Source: Ralstonia phage Claudette
DNA: 43,169 nucleotides
Sequence record: MT740731.2
Direction: 5' to 3' (one strand)
Of the stretch, positions 1-9,736 are shown piece by piece. A program made the position numbers and the translations under genes. The notes below the pieces were generated by a model. The model saw only the letters and a program-made list of their open reading frames with translations, was not told the origin of the DNA and searched no databases. How positions within the stretch are numbered: the stretch's first letter is position 1; each line of letters starts with the position of its first letter.

Positions 1-40
1 TCAGCCGGTAGTCCTCGTCGAAAACGATGTTTGTGGTCAT
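1..40 (-). CDS. 5' end of a truncated hypothetical protein (MTTNIVFDEDYRL...)
   Basis: ATG (cat at 38-40) on the - strand, open to the window edge, with a promoter-like sequence upstream. Confidence 0.5.
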   Translation of the reverse strand, partial: MTTNIVFDEDYRL

Positions 41-67
41 AGCTCGCAACGGTCGAATTACCCGACC

Positions 68-96
68 ATTGTATGGTTTTCGTACCGCTCCGCCAA
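68..96 (-). promoter_or_regulatory. sigma70-like promoter with GGTACGAAAACC motif in the spacer
   Basis: - strand TTGGCG-N17-TACAAT; spacer contains GGTACGAAAACC (75-86). Confidence 0.5.
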
Positions 97-115
97 TCGC
101 GGATTTGCGGCGCTG

Positions 116-439
116 TCAACGTTTCTTCGCAGAAACGGTGTTGTAAATCGCAGACAGAAGCGAATGGATCGCTGCGATATCCGCCTGCAATTTGTTGTAG
201 TCGGCGGCGGTCGGCGCGGCCGTGATCTGCGTCGACTGGAGATCGGCGGGCTGGCCGCCACCCATCACGTCGCCACGCAGCACGGCCATCTGCGATCCGT
301 CGCTCGGGCCGCGCTCGCCGACGAGAATCTGTACCTGCTCGACGGCGCGGTCGTACTTGCGCATGGCCTGCGCCGGGTCGAGGCCCGAGCGCATGGACGT
401 GTTGCGCGCGATCATGTTGTCCGTTCCGCGTCCCATCAC
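116..439 (-). CDS. Small hypothetical phage protein
   Basis: 107-aa ORF whose start overlaps the stop of the next - strand gene; end of a compact operon. Confidence 0.6.
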   Translation of the reverse strand: MMGRGTDNMIARNTSMRSGLDPAQAMRKYDRAVEQVQILVGERGPSDGSQMAVLRGDVMGGGQPADLQSTQITAAPTAADYNKLQADIAAIHSLLSAIYNTVSAKKR

Positions 440-2169
440 ACGTTCCTCAGTTCTTGGCCGGTGGTCGCCAGCACGATGTCGGAGATGTTGATGTTGCTGT
501 TGACCTCGATTTCCCAGATGCGCGCAAGGAAGCCCGACGGCAGCCGCGCCATCCTGTTCATCTTGCTCACGGTCTTGACCAGCTTGCCGTCAGCATAGAT
601 CGACACGCTCACGAACCCCTCATCCGGCAGCCGCTGCATCATGTCGCCATTGACCGCGAACAGATTGGCCTCAGCGCCATTCAGTTCGCCGCCGATGGAC
701 GGCAGCGCGAAGTTCGTCGCGTTCTCCGTCTCGATGCGCTGGCGCTCAGCCTCGTATGCTGCCTGCTCCTCTTCGCTGGCGGCAGTGCTGCCCTCGATCA
801 GGATGACACCGAAGTTGGTCGGCGTCGGTAGCACGAATTGCTTGGACCGCCAGCTCAGCGTCTCGTTGACCTGCCCGAGCGCGTCCCACTCGAAAATCTC
901 CTTGCCGACCAGGAAGTAGAGCGCGCCGGTTTGCAACTCGTGAAAGAAGGCGTCCGCCTTGTGGTTCGAGCGGATGATGAAGGGCGCTGCGCCGGTCGTG
1001 TCGAAAATCAGTGTCCCGCTGAAAGCGGCGCCGCTCGGCTCGATGTACTCGTAGCTCGCGAAATACCGGCCATTGAACTGGCCGCCGACGATGTTGCCCG
1101 GCCCGGTCTTCATCCAGTCGTTGCGCGTCATCAGCTGTTCGGTGATCACCTGCATTCCGTTGGAGCCAGCCATCACCAGCCCGTCATGCGACGGATATGC
1201 CACCGAGTAGCCCAGGTCGATCACGCCGCGCGCGTTGATGCACGGCAGGTTCAGCTCGACACGCTGCTGCTGCATGTTCTCCGGCGCGGTGCCCGACACG
1301 ATGTACGGCAGACCCTCGGTCATGACCACAATCGTGGTGCCGTAGGCGCCGAGCGCCACGATCTGGTAATCCATCGTCAGGATGTACTTCTCGGGCCACG
1401 CGTGCGGGATGAACGGCTCGCAGAAATACAGGTCTTTGCCTGTGAATGCGGCCATCATGCCGTTAGGCAGCGAGATCAGCCCTTTCAGGCCGTCCGGCGG
1501 AGCGTTGTATTCAAGCGACGGCAGCATCTCGCCGAAGTCGTTGGTCGCGTGCGTGTCGACGAAATTGGCCGCCGACGCGGCGCGCTCCTCGATGAAGAAC
1601 AGATCGGTGCCACCGCTGCCGGTCTGCGACCGGTAGAAGCGCTGCTTGGTGATGTTGCGGCCCGCCGGCGGCGCCTGGATGCCCGTCAGCGTGCGCGTCT
1701 GGCCGCTCTGCCAGCCCGCGACGTTGGAGAGCGCGGACGGCTCAGATTCCTCGCCGAACGCGGTGACGAACGTGTAGACGTAGGCAATGCTGGTGACGTT
1801 GCCAGTGCCCGTGCCGGTCACGGTGAGCGCGGGCGCGGCAGTCGGCATCGGCACAGCCAAGTCATAGGTGGTGCCGTCGACGATCATCTTCGGCTTGCCG
1901 TCGCCCATGTAGTAGAGGCGGTCCTGGGCCACCGGGCCGGGCGCGGCGTGCACCACGTTCTGCCACGCCAGCCACGCGCCGTTGTGCTTGTAGATGGTCT
2001 TGGCGTTGTCGACGGAGATGTTGGCCTCGAATCGAGGCTGGCGCGTCGGCGTGAGGCCGCCGTTGTCCAGGCGCACGTTGAGCGCGCGTTGCGACGCGGT
2101 GTCGGCCAAGAGCCGTGGCAGCGTGCGCGGCACCTCACCAGAGTAAGCGGTCAACTTCAGCGTCGTCAT
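436..2169 (-). CDS. Phage structural protein, probably tail/head-stabilisation (beta-propeller-like)
   Basis: 577-aa ORF beside the tail fibre genes, rich in beta-propeller-like repeats (YYMGDGKPKMIVDG, DLYFCEPFIPHAWPEKY). Confidence 0.6.
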   Translation of the reverse strand: MTTLKLTAYSGEVPRTLPRLLADTASQRALNVRLDNGGLTPTRQPRFEANISVDNAKTIYKHNGAWLAWQNVVHAAPGPVAQDRLYYMGDGKPKMIVDGTTYDLAVPMPTAAPALTVTGTGTGNVTSIAYVYTFVTAFGEESEPSALSNVAGWQSGQTRTLTGIQAPPAGRNITKQRFYRSQTGSGGTDLFFIEERAASAANFVDTHATNDFGEMLPSLEYNAPPDGLKGLISLPNGMMAAFTGKDLYFCEPFIPHAWPEKYILTMDYQIVALGAYGTTIVVMTEGLPYIVSGTAPENMQQQRVELNLPCINARGVIDLGYSVAYPSHDGLVMAGSNGMQVITEQLMTRNDWMKTGPGNIVGGQFNGRYFASYEYIEPSGAAFSGTLIFDTTGAAPFIIRSNHKADAFFHELQTGALYFLVGKEIFEWDALGQVNETLSWRSKQFVLPTPTNFGVILIEGSTAASEEEQAAYEAERQRIETENATNFALPSIGGELNGAEANLFAVNGDMMQRLPDEGFVSVSIYADGKLVKTVSKMNRMARLPSGFLARIWEIEVNSNINISDIVLATTGQELRNV

Positions 2170-2180
2170 GTCATGTTGCC

Positions 2181-3053
2181 CTAGATTTCAATCACACCAG
2201 CGCCAGTGTACTGGATGAACGCCAGCGCGAAATACGGCGGTCGGTTCTCGTGTGCGGCGCCGCTGCCGGAATTTTGCGTGCTGATGCCAGTCCCCGCGCC
2301 CTGAATGCTGATGCCCGTAGCAGCCCCGTAGATGCCGATCCCCGTGGCGGAAGCGTTGATCGTGCCGCCGGCATAGCCGTTGATCTGGAACGCGCCGCCG
2401 CCCGTGCTCGATGGAGTCAGCGCCGCCGTGTTGTGGCCGTGCGAGTGTCCAGGGTCGTAGACGCTATGCGCGTGCGTCGGATCGTTGACGCCGTGATTGT
2501 GGCCGGGGTCATTGACCCCGTGATTATGCTGCGGCATCTGCTCTGCGGAAATCGCGACGGTGTTGGCTCCTCCGGTGTTCCCAGGCGCATAGGATGCACC
2601 CGCCCCGACGATGAACCGGTCCCGTAGGTCAATGGTCCCATTCGTCCCATCGGCAAGCTGCCATCCAGACCCATGCACGGCAGCGATGTTGGCGACCGCG
2701 CCGCTCCACATCTTGATGTCTCCCGGCTTGGGACGAATCTGGCGAACCGCGTCGGCGAGCGCATTCAACACCCCCGCCGTGACGCGCAGCTCGATACGAT
2801 CGCCGGCTGCGAAGTGCAGCGCCTGGGTGTTCTCCTGCCCTCGCAGCACGGTCAGCGTGTCGATGTCGCGCGCAGTGGCGCGCACGATCTCGTATTGGCC
2901 GAATGCTTTCGCGAGCGTGGCCTGGAAGTAGTCTCCGGCGCCGAGTGTCGGGAACATGCTGCCCTCGCCCGGCGTCAGGATGATTTGGGTGTCGCCCTGC
3001 GCCAGCTCGGCGGCAAGATGGGACACTGCATTGTTGGACAGCTTGATAGCCAT
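2181..3053 (-). CDS. Tail fibre/collar protein with His-rich GHxH repeats
   Basis: MAIKLSNNAVSHLAAELAQGDTQIILTPGEGSMFPTLGAGDYF...; HNHGVNDPGHNHGVNDPTHAHSVYDPGHSHGH; C-term ENRPPYFALAFIQYTGAGVIEI typical of tail collar proteins. Confidence 0.8.
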   Translation of the reverse strand: MAIKLSNNAVSHLAAELAQGDTQIILTPGEGSMFPTLGAGDYFQATLAKAFGQYEIVRATARDIDTLTVLRGQENTQALHFAAGDRIELRVTAGVLNALADAVRQIRPKPGDIKMWSGAVANIAAVHGSGWQLADGTNGTIDLRDRFIVGAGASYAPGNTGGANTVAISAEQMPQHNHGVNDPGHNHGVNDPTHAHSVYDPGHSHGHNTAALTPSSTGGGAFQINGYAGGTINASATGIGIYGAATGISIQGAGTGISTQNSGSGAAHENRPPYFALAFIQYTGAGVIEI

Positions 3054-3138
3054 AATCCCCTCGCAATAGTCGAAATCACACAGAAGCCTTTGGTCGGAGG
3101 CTCCTTGCGTGATCGAGCGAAGTGCGAGGGGATGGTCA

Positions 3139-4458
3139 TCATGCGCCCACCTGGGCCTTGAGGGCGTCCACCTGTGACCGCAGCTCCTGCACCGCCTTCA
3201 CCAGCGTCGCCACGATGGGCTGAAGGTTCGGGGACAGCATCGTTTCGCCGCCGCCGGCCACGAACGTAGGGTCAACGCTGGCGAGTTGCTGCGCGATGAA
3301 GCCGATATCGTGGTGCTGCGACGGGTCCAGGAAAGCATTGCCTTCCTTGTACCGGAAGCTGAACAGCTCAATGCGGCCTAGCTTCGACAGCGCGCTCGCC
3401 TCGCTCGGGGCGATCTCTCGCTTCAGACGCTCGTCGGAAGCGCTGATCGAGATGCCGTAGTTGGTGCCGTCGACCGTGATCGAAAGGAAGCCGCTGCCCG
3501 GCACCCAGCTGCGCCCGATGCGCGTGCCGTCGCCGCAGTAGAATGTCTTGTCGAGGTTGGTGGTGCCAGCGCCGGGCGCATTTGCGGTGTCCCAGATCGT
3601 CGCAGTGGCCGTGTTGTCGATCGTTCGGCTCAGAAACGATCCAGACCACGACAGGGCGATCCCATTTGCACTGGTGTTCGCCACGAGACGCCGAACGGTG
3701 TTGTCAGAGGACTTGCGGAAATACGGCTCGTAGAAATTGCCGTTGACGAAACCAGTAACGGAAACACCATCCGCATCAGGCTTGGCGGCCAGTCCGCTCG
3801 CCAGAGCCGCGCTGGTGGCCTTGCTCGCCAGCGCGTCATACACCGATCCCAGGTTGCCACGGCCGATCAGAATGTCGTTCAAGAAGTGCACGCTGTCGTC
3901 CGGACCGAACCACATCGTGCTGTTCTCGGAGGCGAACTCGCCCGCCGTGCTCCGGCGCAACGACCAGTTTCCGCCATCTGCCACGAGGCGCCAGCGCCCC
4001 GCCGGAGCGGCCTGATCCGTCTCGCGGAACGTGATAATCGGCGCGGCGCCCTCCATGTTGAGGTTGCCGGTCATGGTGTCGCCAGCCTTGGAAATCTTGC
4101 CATCGGCCGTGCCCTGCGCGGCACTGGCGGCACTCTGTGCGGACGCGATGCCGTCACGGAAGTCGCCGAGTTCGCCAGCGGTCAGGCGCGCCTCGATGCG
4201 ATCGTTCGGGTTGAACGACAGCGCAGACGAGCCCTCCTGCGCGCGCGTGATGGACATGGCGTCCACCGTGCGCGACGTCACCTTGACGATCTCGCGCGCG
4301 CCATCCGATCGGATGAGCGTTGCCATGAACCAATCGCCAGCGCCTAGCGTCGGGAAAAGCGCTCCATCCCCAGGCGTGACCGTCAATGACGTACCGGAAG
4401 GCGCCAGCGGGCCGACAAGACGGCTAGCAGCGTTGTTTGCGAATTGAACGGCAGCCAT
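3139..4458 (-). CDS. Tail fibre/spike protein with C-terminal S74 intramolecular chaperone (peptidase) domain
   Basis: C-term SDERLKREIAPSEASALSKLGRIELFSFRYKEG...DIGFIAQQL; N-terminus similar to the 2181-3053 protein; start MAAVQFANNAASRL. Confidence 0.85.
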   Translation of the reverse strand: MAAVQFANNAASRLVGPLAPSGTSLTVTPGDGALFPTLGAGDWFMATLIRSDGAREIVKVTSRTVDAMSITRAQEGSSALSFNPNDRIEARLTAGELGDFRDGIASAQSAASAAQGTADGKISKAGDTMTGNLNMEGAAPIITFRETDQAAPAGRWRLVADGGNWSLRRSTAGEFASENSTMWFGPDDSVHFLNDILIGRGNLGSVYDALASKATSAALASGLAAKPDADGVSVTGFVNGNFYEPYFRKSSDNTVRRLVANTSANGIALSWSGSFLSRTIDNTATATIWDTANAPGAGTTNLDKTFYCGDGTRIGRSWVPGSGFLSITVDGTNYGISISASDERLKREIAPSEASALSKLGRIELFSFRYKEGNAFLDPSQHHDIGFIAQQLASVDPTFVAGGGETMLSPNLQPIVATLVKAVQELRSQVDALKAQVGA

Positions 4459-4739
4459 CAGCAGCTCCTCACGCGAGTCTTGAAACAGGTTTCCTTGATG
4501 CGGCCGGCGGCCGTTGCGACTGTCACGTCGACATTGTAGCTGGCTCCAGCCGTGCCGCCGGCGAGCCATACCTTCACGACAGTCCCGTCGATATCGTAGG
4601 CCGGCGAGGTAAGCGTGCCGTCGTCCGGCGTGATAACGACGCCAGCCGACTGGAGCACATCGCCGTCAGGCATCCAGCGCGCGAAATCGATGTCGTAGTC
4701 GAGCTGTTCCGTGGCCGTTTTCTGAACGATACCCAGCAT
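4458..4739 (-). CDS. Small phage protein, possibly tail-fibre associated
   Basis: 93-aa ORF overlapping both neighbours by start/stop coupling (phage_fiber_2-like ITPDDGTLTSPAYDIDGTVVKVWLAGG). Confidence 0.6.
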   Translation of the reverse strand: MLGIVQKTATEQLDYDIDFARWMPDGDVLQSAGVVITPDDGTLTSPAYDIDGTVVKVWLAGGTAGASYNVDVTVATAAGRIKETCFKTRVRSC

Positions 4740-6445
4740 CAGTTCACCTCATTGATGTGCAGCACGGCGCCCCATTTTGCGCCGACTGGAGAATCGACCC
4801 GTGGCTGCACCACGCAGTTGATGGCATTGCCGTTGGCGACTACCGAGACCGAGGCAGCGTTGGCAGCCGTGCCGAAATTCGCGTCCACGTCGGACCAGAC
4901 CACGGTCGGCGTGCCCAGGATCAGAGTGCCTGATGAATTGGTGCTGGCCCGAAACTTCAGCTCGAACGCGGCGCACCGCAGGGCCGTGCTGCGCGCGAAC
5001 ACCTCCAGCGTGCACTTCCAGGCGGTGCTGACGGGCATCGTGAGGTTGGTGATGCCGTCCAGCGTGGCTAGCAGTGCCGATGCGGTGGTGCTGGTGACGA
5101 CGGACAGCGGGACCTGCCGGCGGCTCACGAACGGGTTCGTGCCGACCGACGTGTCGCGGTACGCCCAGACCAGCAGCTCACCCTGATACAGCGTGCTGCC
5201 CTTGTACCCGCCCAGACTGCGGGCGTAGTGATGGCCGACCGTGTTGCCGTTGCCGATGGCGAACGAGTAGTTCGCGGTGCTGGTGTTGCCGTTGCCGAAG
5301 ACGGCCGAGTCCGACCCGGATGCGGTGTTGTTTCGCCCGCCGATGGAGACGGCGGTGCCATTGGCAGTATTCCCGTAGCCGTGCGTCCAGCTGTACGCAG
5401 AGTTCACCTTGCAGGACTGCGCGAACGTCGTGCCAGAGGTGGCGCCGTTGCAATAGTTGCGCAGCCCGCCGAAGTGACCGCTGCCCAGCGTGGCGCCCGA
5501 TCCGTTCCAGTTGTCGGTGCCGCCGCAGAATGCGTTGTAGCTGCCCCCGTCGTTGGTGTGGTAGCTGCCGCCCAGCATCGTGGTGTGGTCGCCGTCGAGC
5601 ACGCGATTGTGCGCGCCCGTGACATGCTGCATCACGCCCCTATCGACCACATTGTCATAGCCGCCGCCGATCCAGGAGTAGTCAGGCTGCGTGCCCGTCG
5701 TCGGGATCGTGGCAAATGGGTCTTCAACGAACAGTTTGCTCAACGTGTCCAGGGCCGTGCCGAGCGTCCAGGTGACGCTGCTGGCGCCCACGGTGCCGGA
5801 CCACTGATTACCGGTCGGAGTGCCGGATGTGTACGTCAGCTTTGTGCGAGTGCCATCTCCCGCGATCCTGTAGAAATTCAGGTTGGCGATGCCGTTGACC
5901 GGCAGGTAGTTCCAGACGCCAGTGGTGGCCGCGCCCAGAAACTTCTGGCGGTTGTGGCCGTACCCGATCATCTGGAAGTTCGAGCCGTCTCCGCCGCCGG
6001 TGATGGTGCACACGCGCGACAGCGGGTTGATGTAGGTGTAGGACGTGTTCGGCTTCTGGTTCGCCGCGCCAGCCGACGTCACGAACTTCTGAGCCGACGA
6101 TGCGGCGGCATCTGCCGCGCTCGCAGCGCTGTTGGCCGCCGACGCTGCCGCACTCGCTGCGCTCGCCGACGCCGCGCCAGCGCTGCCGTTTGCATTGCTG
6201 GCCGCCGCGTTCGCCTGCGCCAGCACGCCGTTCGCCTGCTGGTTGATCTGCTCGTCCTTCTGCGAGATCAGCGCCGCAGCAGCAGCAGCGATGTCTGTTC
6301 GCTGGCCCTCGATGAGCTTTGCGGGCGAATCGACCGGGCCGCCACCGAAATCAACGGTGTCGGCGCTCCCGCCTTTCACCCACGTGTCAACGTTGGTGAC
6401 GATCTCGTCGAACTTGGCGACGCGGCTGTTCAGTGATTCGGTCAC
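4739..6445 (-). CDS. Large tail fibre protein
   Basis: 568 aa; Ala-rich coiled coil AAASAANSAASAADAAAS then trimeric-head-like repeats (GNTANGTAVSIGGRNNTASGSDSAVFGNGNTSTANYSFAIGNGNTV). Confidence 0.75.
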   Translation of the reverse strand: MTESLNSRVAKFDEIVTNVDTWVKGGSADTVDFGGGPVDSPAKLIEGQRTDIAAAAAALISQKDEQINQQANGVLAQANAAASNANGSAGAASASAASAAASAANSAASAADAAASSAQKFVTSAGAANQKPNTSYTYINPLSRVCTITGGGDGSNFQMIGYGHNRQKFLGAATTGVWNYLPVNGIANLNFYRIAGDGTRTKLTYTSGTPTGNQWSGTVGASSVTWTLGTALDTLSKLFVEDPFATIPTTGTQPDYSWIGGGYDNVVDRGVMQHVTGAHNRVLDGDHTTMLGGSYHTNDGGSYNAFCGGTDNWNGSGATLGSGHFGGLRNYCNGATSGTTFAQSCKVNSAYSWTHGYGNTANGTAVSIGGRNNTASGSDSAVFGNGNTSTANYSFAIGNGNTVGHHYARSLGGYKGSTLYQGELLVWAYRDTSVGTNPFVSRRQVPLSVVTSTTASALLATLDGITNLTMPVSTAWKCTLEVFARSTALRCAAFELKFRASTNSSGTLILGTPTVVWSDVDANFGTAANAASVSVVANGNAINCVVQPRVDSPVGAKWGAVLHINEVN

Positions 6446-7419
6446 GGGTTCCCCCAGGAATTGTTCGGCATGTCGGCGCCAACGATCTGATCCAGTCGAT
6501 CGATCGCGCCGGTGGTGCTGGCCTCGCCATACCGGCCAGCGTCAAGAATGAGATCGAGCGCGATGGTGCCATCCGAGTAGCGCGGCAGCACTTGGCCGCC
6601 CGGCACGCGGTCGCCATCGCTCGACACCACGAGTGTCCGGCTGTCATCCTCCACGAACAGCTGACGCTCGATAGGCGCCGGCTCGAACGGTCCGGAGATG
6701 GTGGCAGTGATCTGGTGCGCGGCGGAAAGCGACATGACGGCGCTGCCGCCGGCGTAGATGACGCGGTAGCTGCGCGGCACGCCACGGCCGTCCATGACGA
6801 CCTGCGCGGCACCAGCGCCGTAGGCGTGCGCGCCCAGGCGGCCTAGCCCCTGCGCTTCCATGGCGATGCTCGCGGCGCCGCTGTTCTTGCCGATCGTGAC
6901 GGCGCGGCCGGTCGCGTTGCTCAGGATGTCGGCGCGTCCGCCCCCGTAGACCGGGTGATGCGTGCGCGCGTCGCCTGAGCCAGACAGTTCGATACTTCCG
7001 ATGCCAGAACCCAACATGGCAGCCTCCAAGAGACCCGAGCCAGTCAGGTCGATGCGTCCCGCTCCACTCAGCAGCATGGCAATCTTGCTATCGCCAGCCG
7101 CCCCGATGTCGATCTGAGACGATGCCGTTGGCTTTGCGATCAGCTTCGCCGCGCCCATGGCATCCAGGCCGATCAGGCCCAGGCCGCCGTGGCCTGCAAT
7201 GCGACCGAAGCCGTATGCATCGACACCAAGCTGCGCGGCCCCGTATAGCACCTGCCGCATGTTTCCGAGTGCGGCACCATCGAGCATGATAGGCGCTACG
7301 CCGCCCCCCTGCGCTACCGGCGTCGCCACACCCGTGGCGTCGGCCGCGAGCGCAGCCGTCCCCTGGCCGAGATGCGTCTCCCAGCCATTGATCGGGACAG
7401 TGTTGAGCGCGTAGCGCAT
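6442..7419 (-). CDS. Phage structural/tail protein, repeat-rich
   Basis: 325 aa, overlaps upstream gene by ATGA-type coupling; repeated AxxIELSGSG/AAQVVMDG-type repeats. Confidence 0.6.
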   Translation of the reverse strand: MRYALNTVPINGWETHLGQGTAALAADATGVATPVAQGGGVAPIMLDGAALGNMRQVLYGAAQLGVDAYGFGRIAGHGGLGLIGLDAMGAAKLIAKPTASSQIDIGAAGDSKIAMLLSGAGRIDLTGSGLLEAAMLGSGIGSIELSGSGDARTHHPVYGGGRADILSNATGRAVTIGKNSGAASIAMEAQGLGRLGAHAYGAGAAQVVMDGRGVPRSYRVIYAGGSAVMSLSAAHQITATISGPFEPAPIERQLFVEDDSRTLVVSSDGDRVPGGQVLPRYSDGTIALDLILDAGRYGEASTTGAIDRLDQIVGADMPNNSWGNP

Positions 7420-7425
7420 CGTTCG

Positions 7426-7848
7426 TTACGACGCCTGGGCCGTCAGGCTACCGACGTCGAACACGAACACGTCGCCGACCTGGAGCGTGCGCGCGACGGT
7501 CAGCGGCGCCTTGAACAGCAGGTTGCCGCCGGTGGACGCGTCGAACACAGCGTAGTGCGTCACGGTCACAGCGGCCACGCCATTGTTGGCGGGATACGTG
7601 AGCTGGTTGACGTTGCTCGTCTGGCCGCCGGCCGCCGGCGTCCAGCCCGAGCCGATCGCCCCGCCCTGCTCGGCTTCGCGGCGCACGTAAGCCGGCCAGT
7701 TGCTCAGACTGACCTCGTTGGCGCCGGCCCCGACGCCTGGGTCGCCAGTGTGCAGCGACACGTAGGTCTTGGCTGGCAGCGGGAACGCCACGCCACGCAG
7801 CAGCGCATTGAGGATGTTGTTCTCGGTGTAGGTGGATGCGGCGGCCAT
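7426..7848 (-). CDS. Phage structural protein of the small tail-fibre-associated type
   Basis: YTENNILNALLRGVAFPLPAKTYVSLHTGDPG...EVSLSNWPAYVRR. Confidence 0.7.
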   Translation of the reverse strand: MAAASTYTENNILNALLRGVAFPLPAKTYVSLHTGDPGVGAGANEVSLSNWPAYVRREAEQGGAIGSGWTPAAGGQTSNVNQLTYPANNGVAAVTVTHYAVFDASTGGNLLFKAPLTVARTLQVGDVFVFDVGSLTAQAS

Positions 7849-7857
7849 GACAGCTCC

Positions 7858-8478
7858 TTAGAAAAATTGTGCCTTCGTGCGCACAGGTGCGCGCTGTTGG
7901 CCCTTGATGGTCTTGGTGGAAAGGCGGTCCAGCTCGCGGTCGAACCGGCTGCCGAAGAACACAGCAAGGTCCGCGCTCATCCAGGTCTTGCCGGGGATGA
8001 TCAGCAGCTCGGAGAGCGCGCCGTCCGCGATCGTCTTGCGGTACTTGTCGGCGATGAAATCCGGCAGGCTGTCGGCATCCAGCGTCGGCTTCAGCAGGCC
8101 GTAGACCTTCACGCGCCCGTTGTCAGGCGGGTAGAAAGTCAGCGTGTCCTCGCTGTACTGCGTGACGTACTGCGCCTGACTGGCCTGCGTGTTTGTCCGC
8201 CATTCAGGCGCCTGCTCGTCGAGCCATTGCGTCGACACGGGGCGAAGGTCGCGGCCGTTGAACTGCACCAGCTCCATCTCGTAGAGCGCAGCGCCATAGG
8301 GCACGGCGACATCCGCGCACTCGTTGGCGGTCACGTCGAATTCATCGTCGCAGCGCCACAGGCGCGTGCGCTCGCAGAACTTGATGGCCGCCTCGCGGAT
8401 CGCGGCGAACGCGGTAGGCTCCGGGCAGCCGGGCGCAAACCGGTGGATGATCGGCATGAACACGTCGAGCGGCTTCAT
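7858..8478 (-). CDS. Phage head-tail/tail assembly hypothetical protein
   Basis: 206-aa ORF in the structural operon, coupled to the 8475-9137 gene. Confidence 0.6.
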   Translation of the reverse strand: MKPLDVFMPIIHRFAPGCPEPTAFAAIREAAIKFCERTRLWRCDDEFDVTANECADVAVPYGAALYEMELVQFNGRDLRPVSTQWLDEQAPEWRTNTQASQAQYVTQYSEDTLTFYPPDNGRVKVYGLLKPTLDADSLPDFIADKYRKTIADGALSELLIIPGKTWMSADLAVFFGSRFDRELDRLSTKTIKGQQRAPVRTKAQFF

Positions 8479-9137
8479 TGCGCGGCTCCGGCGGCGGCAG
8501 CAGCGGCGGCGGCCTGGGTTGTCGGCGTGCCAGTGGCCTGCATGCCGAGCGCGTCAGCGAACGCGCTGTAGTGCGCGGCGGCCACGGCACCGTTCGCAAA
8601 CTCGCTGTCCTTGCTCGATGCGCGGTACAGGCACCAGCTCACCAGCGCACTGACGAACTCAGCGCCCATCTGCACCACGTCATTCTGCGTCGTCAGCGCG
8701 GGGTGCCGCCACGCGCAGACCAGCTCAACCTGCACGCCGGCGGCGGCCGGCGGATAGGTGTAGAAGACGTTCGGAACGTTGCTGTCGTAGGTGTAGTGTC
8801 GGATTTGCCCGGCCGGCTTCATGCTGTGCCAGTCCGGGTTCTCGGTATCCAGCAGGCGGCGATCGGTGGCCGTGACAGCGCGGCCCGGCGATCCGTCCGC
8901 CTTCAGGTTGCGCGGGACATCGATCAGCTGGATCGCGTCCTCGGGCAACGCCTGTTTCGAGCCGGCGGCCAGTGCTGCGGTCGTCGTCTTCATGTACGCG
9001 GACGGCTTGCGCACGACAATCTCGCGCGTGCCATCCGTGAGCCACTCAAGCAGCTCATCCACCGTCCAGCGCTCGTGATCCTCGTCTTGCAACAAGGTCG
9101 CGGCGCGGGAGAGCACGACGCTGGCGGGGAATGCCAT
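8475..9137 (-). CDS. Phage adaptor / head-tail connector-like protein
   Basis: 220 aa, MAFPASVVLSRAATLLQDEDHERWTVDELLEWLTDGTREIVVRKPSAY. Confidence 0.6.
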   Translation of the reverse strand: MAFPASVVLSRAATLLQDEDHERWTVDELLEWLTDGTREIVVRKPSAYMKTTTAALAAGSKQALPEDAIQLIDVPRNLKADGSPGRAVTATDRRLLDTENPDWHSMKPAGQIRHYTYDSNVPNVFYTYPPAAAGVQVELVCAWRHPALTTQNDVVQMGAEFVSALVSWCLYRASSKDSEFANGAVAAAHYSAFADALGMQATGTPTTQAAAAAAAAGAAQ

Positions 9138-9140
9138 AGC

Positions 9141-9686
9141 TTATGCCTCGCCCGAAGCGAGCTTCTGCTGGATGGTTTCGACGGTCCACTTGCCGTGCGG
9201 AGCCTTGCCGAACTTGGCCTTGTACTGCTCGGCCAGCGCGGCGCGGTCCGGCGCCTGCGGCATCTCGTCTGCCATCGTGTCGAGCATGGCGTCGATCAGC
9301 GAGTGGCGGGCATCCGCGTCGAGCGCGTTCCACTCTTCGACGGTCAGGCCGGACGCGGAATGCGCACGGGCAACGACATCGCCGAGCTGCACGGTGCGGC
9401 TGTCGCCCAGGTCGATCACTGCCGGGTGGACGTCGCTGCCCAGCAGCGTCTCGGCGTTGGTCAGCTTGTTGGCCGGCACGAGCGTCTGCGGCGCGCCTGT
9501 CGACGAGGCAGGGCGATACGGCTGGTACGCCTCCGGGATCGACAGGAGGCGCTTGCAGTGCGGCTCGCTCTCGACTTCAGCGACGTGCGCGGCATCCTCC
9601 AGCGGCGCGAAGTGGTATTCGACGCCTTCGAGCGTCACTTTCGTTCCGCCTTGGCGCTTCAGAATGCATTCGATCTGCATGATCAT
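9141..9686 (-). CDS. Phage hypothetical structural-region protein
   Basis: 181-aa ORF in syntenic structural operon. Confidence 0.6.
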   Translation of the reverse strand: MIMQIECILKRQGGTKVTLEGVEYHFAPLEDAAHVAEVESEPHCKRLLSIPEAYQPYRPASSTGAPQTLVPANKLTNAETLLGSDVHPAVIDLGDSRTVQLGDVVARAHSASGLTVEEWNALDADARHSLIDAMLDTMADEMPQAPDRAALAEQYKAKFGKAPHGKWTVETIQQKLASGEA

Positions 9687-9704
9687 CCCTCAGTTGGAAA
9701 AGCA

Positions 9705-9718
9705 GGGGCCGAAGCCCC
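9705..9718 (-). terminator. Intrinsic terminator-like hairpin between structural genes
   Basis: - strand GGGGC-TTCG-GCCCC followed by TGCTTTTCC, just downstream of the 9737-10210 gene. Confidence 0.5.
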
Positions 9719-9736
9719 CGCCGTTGCGCCCGTCGC

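Noticed and set aside
838-2184. 448-aa + strand ORF
   Set aside because: Antisense shadow of the 436-2169 structural gene, Arg/Val/Ala/Asp-rich with no domain pattern.
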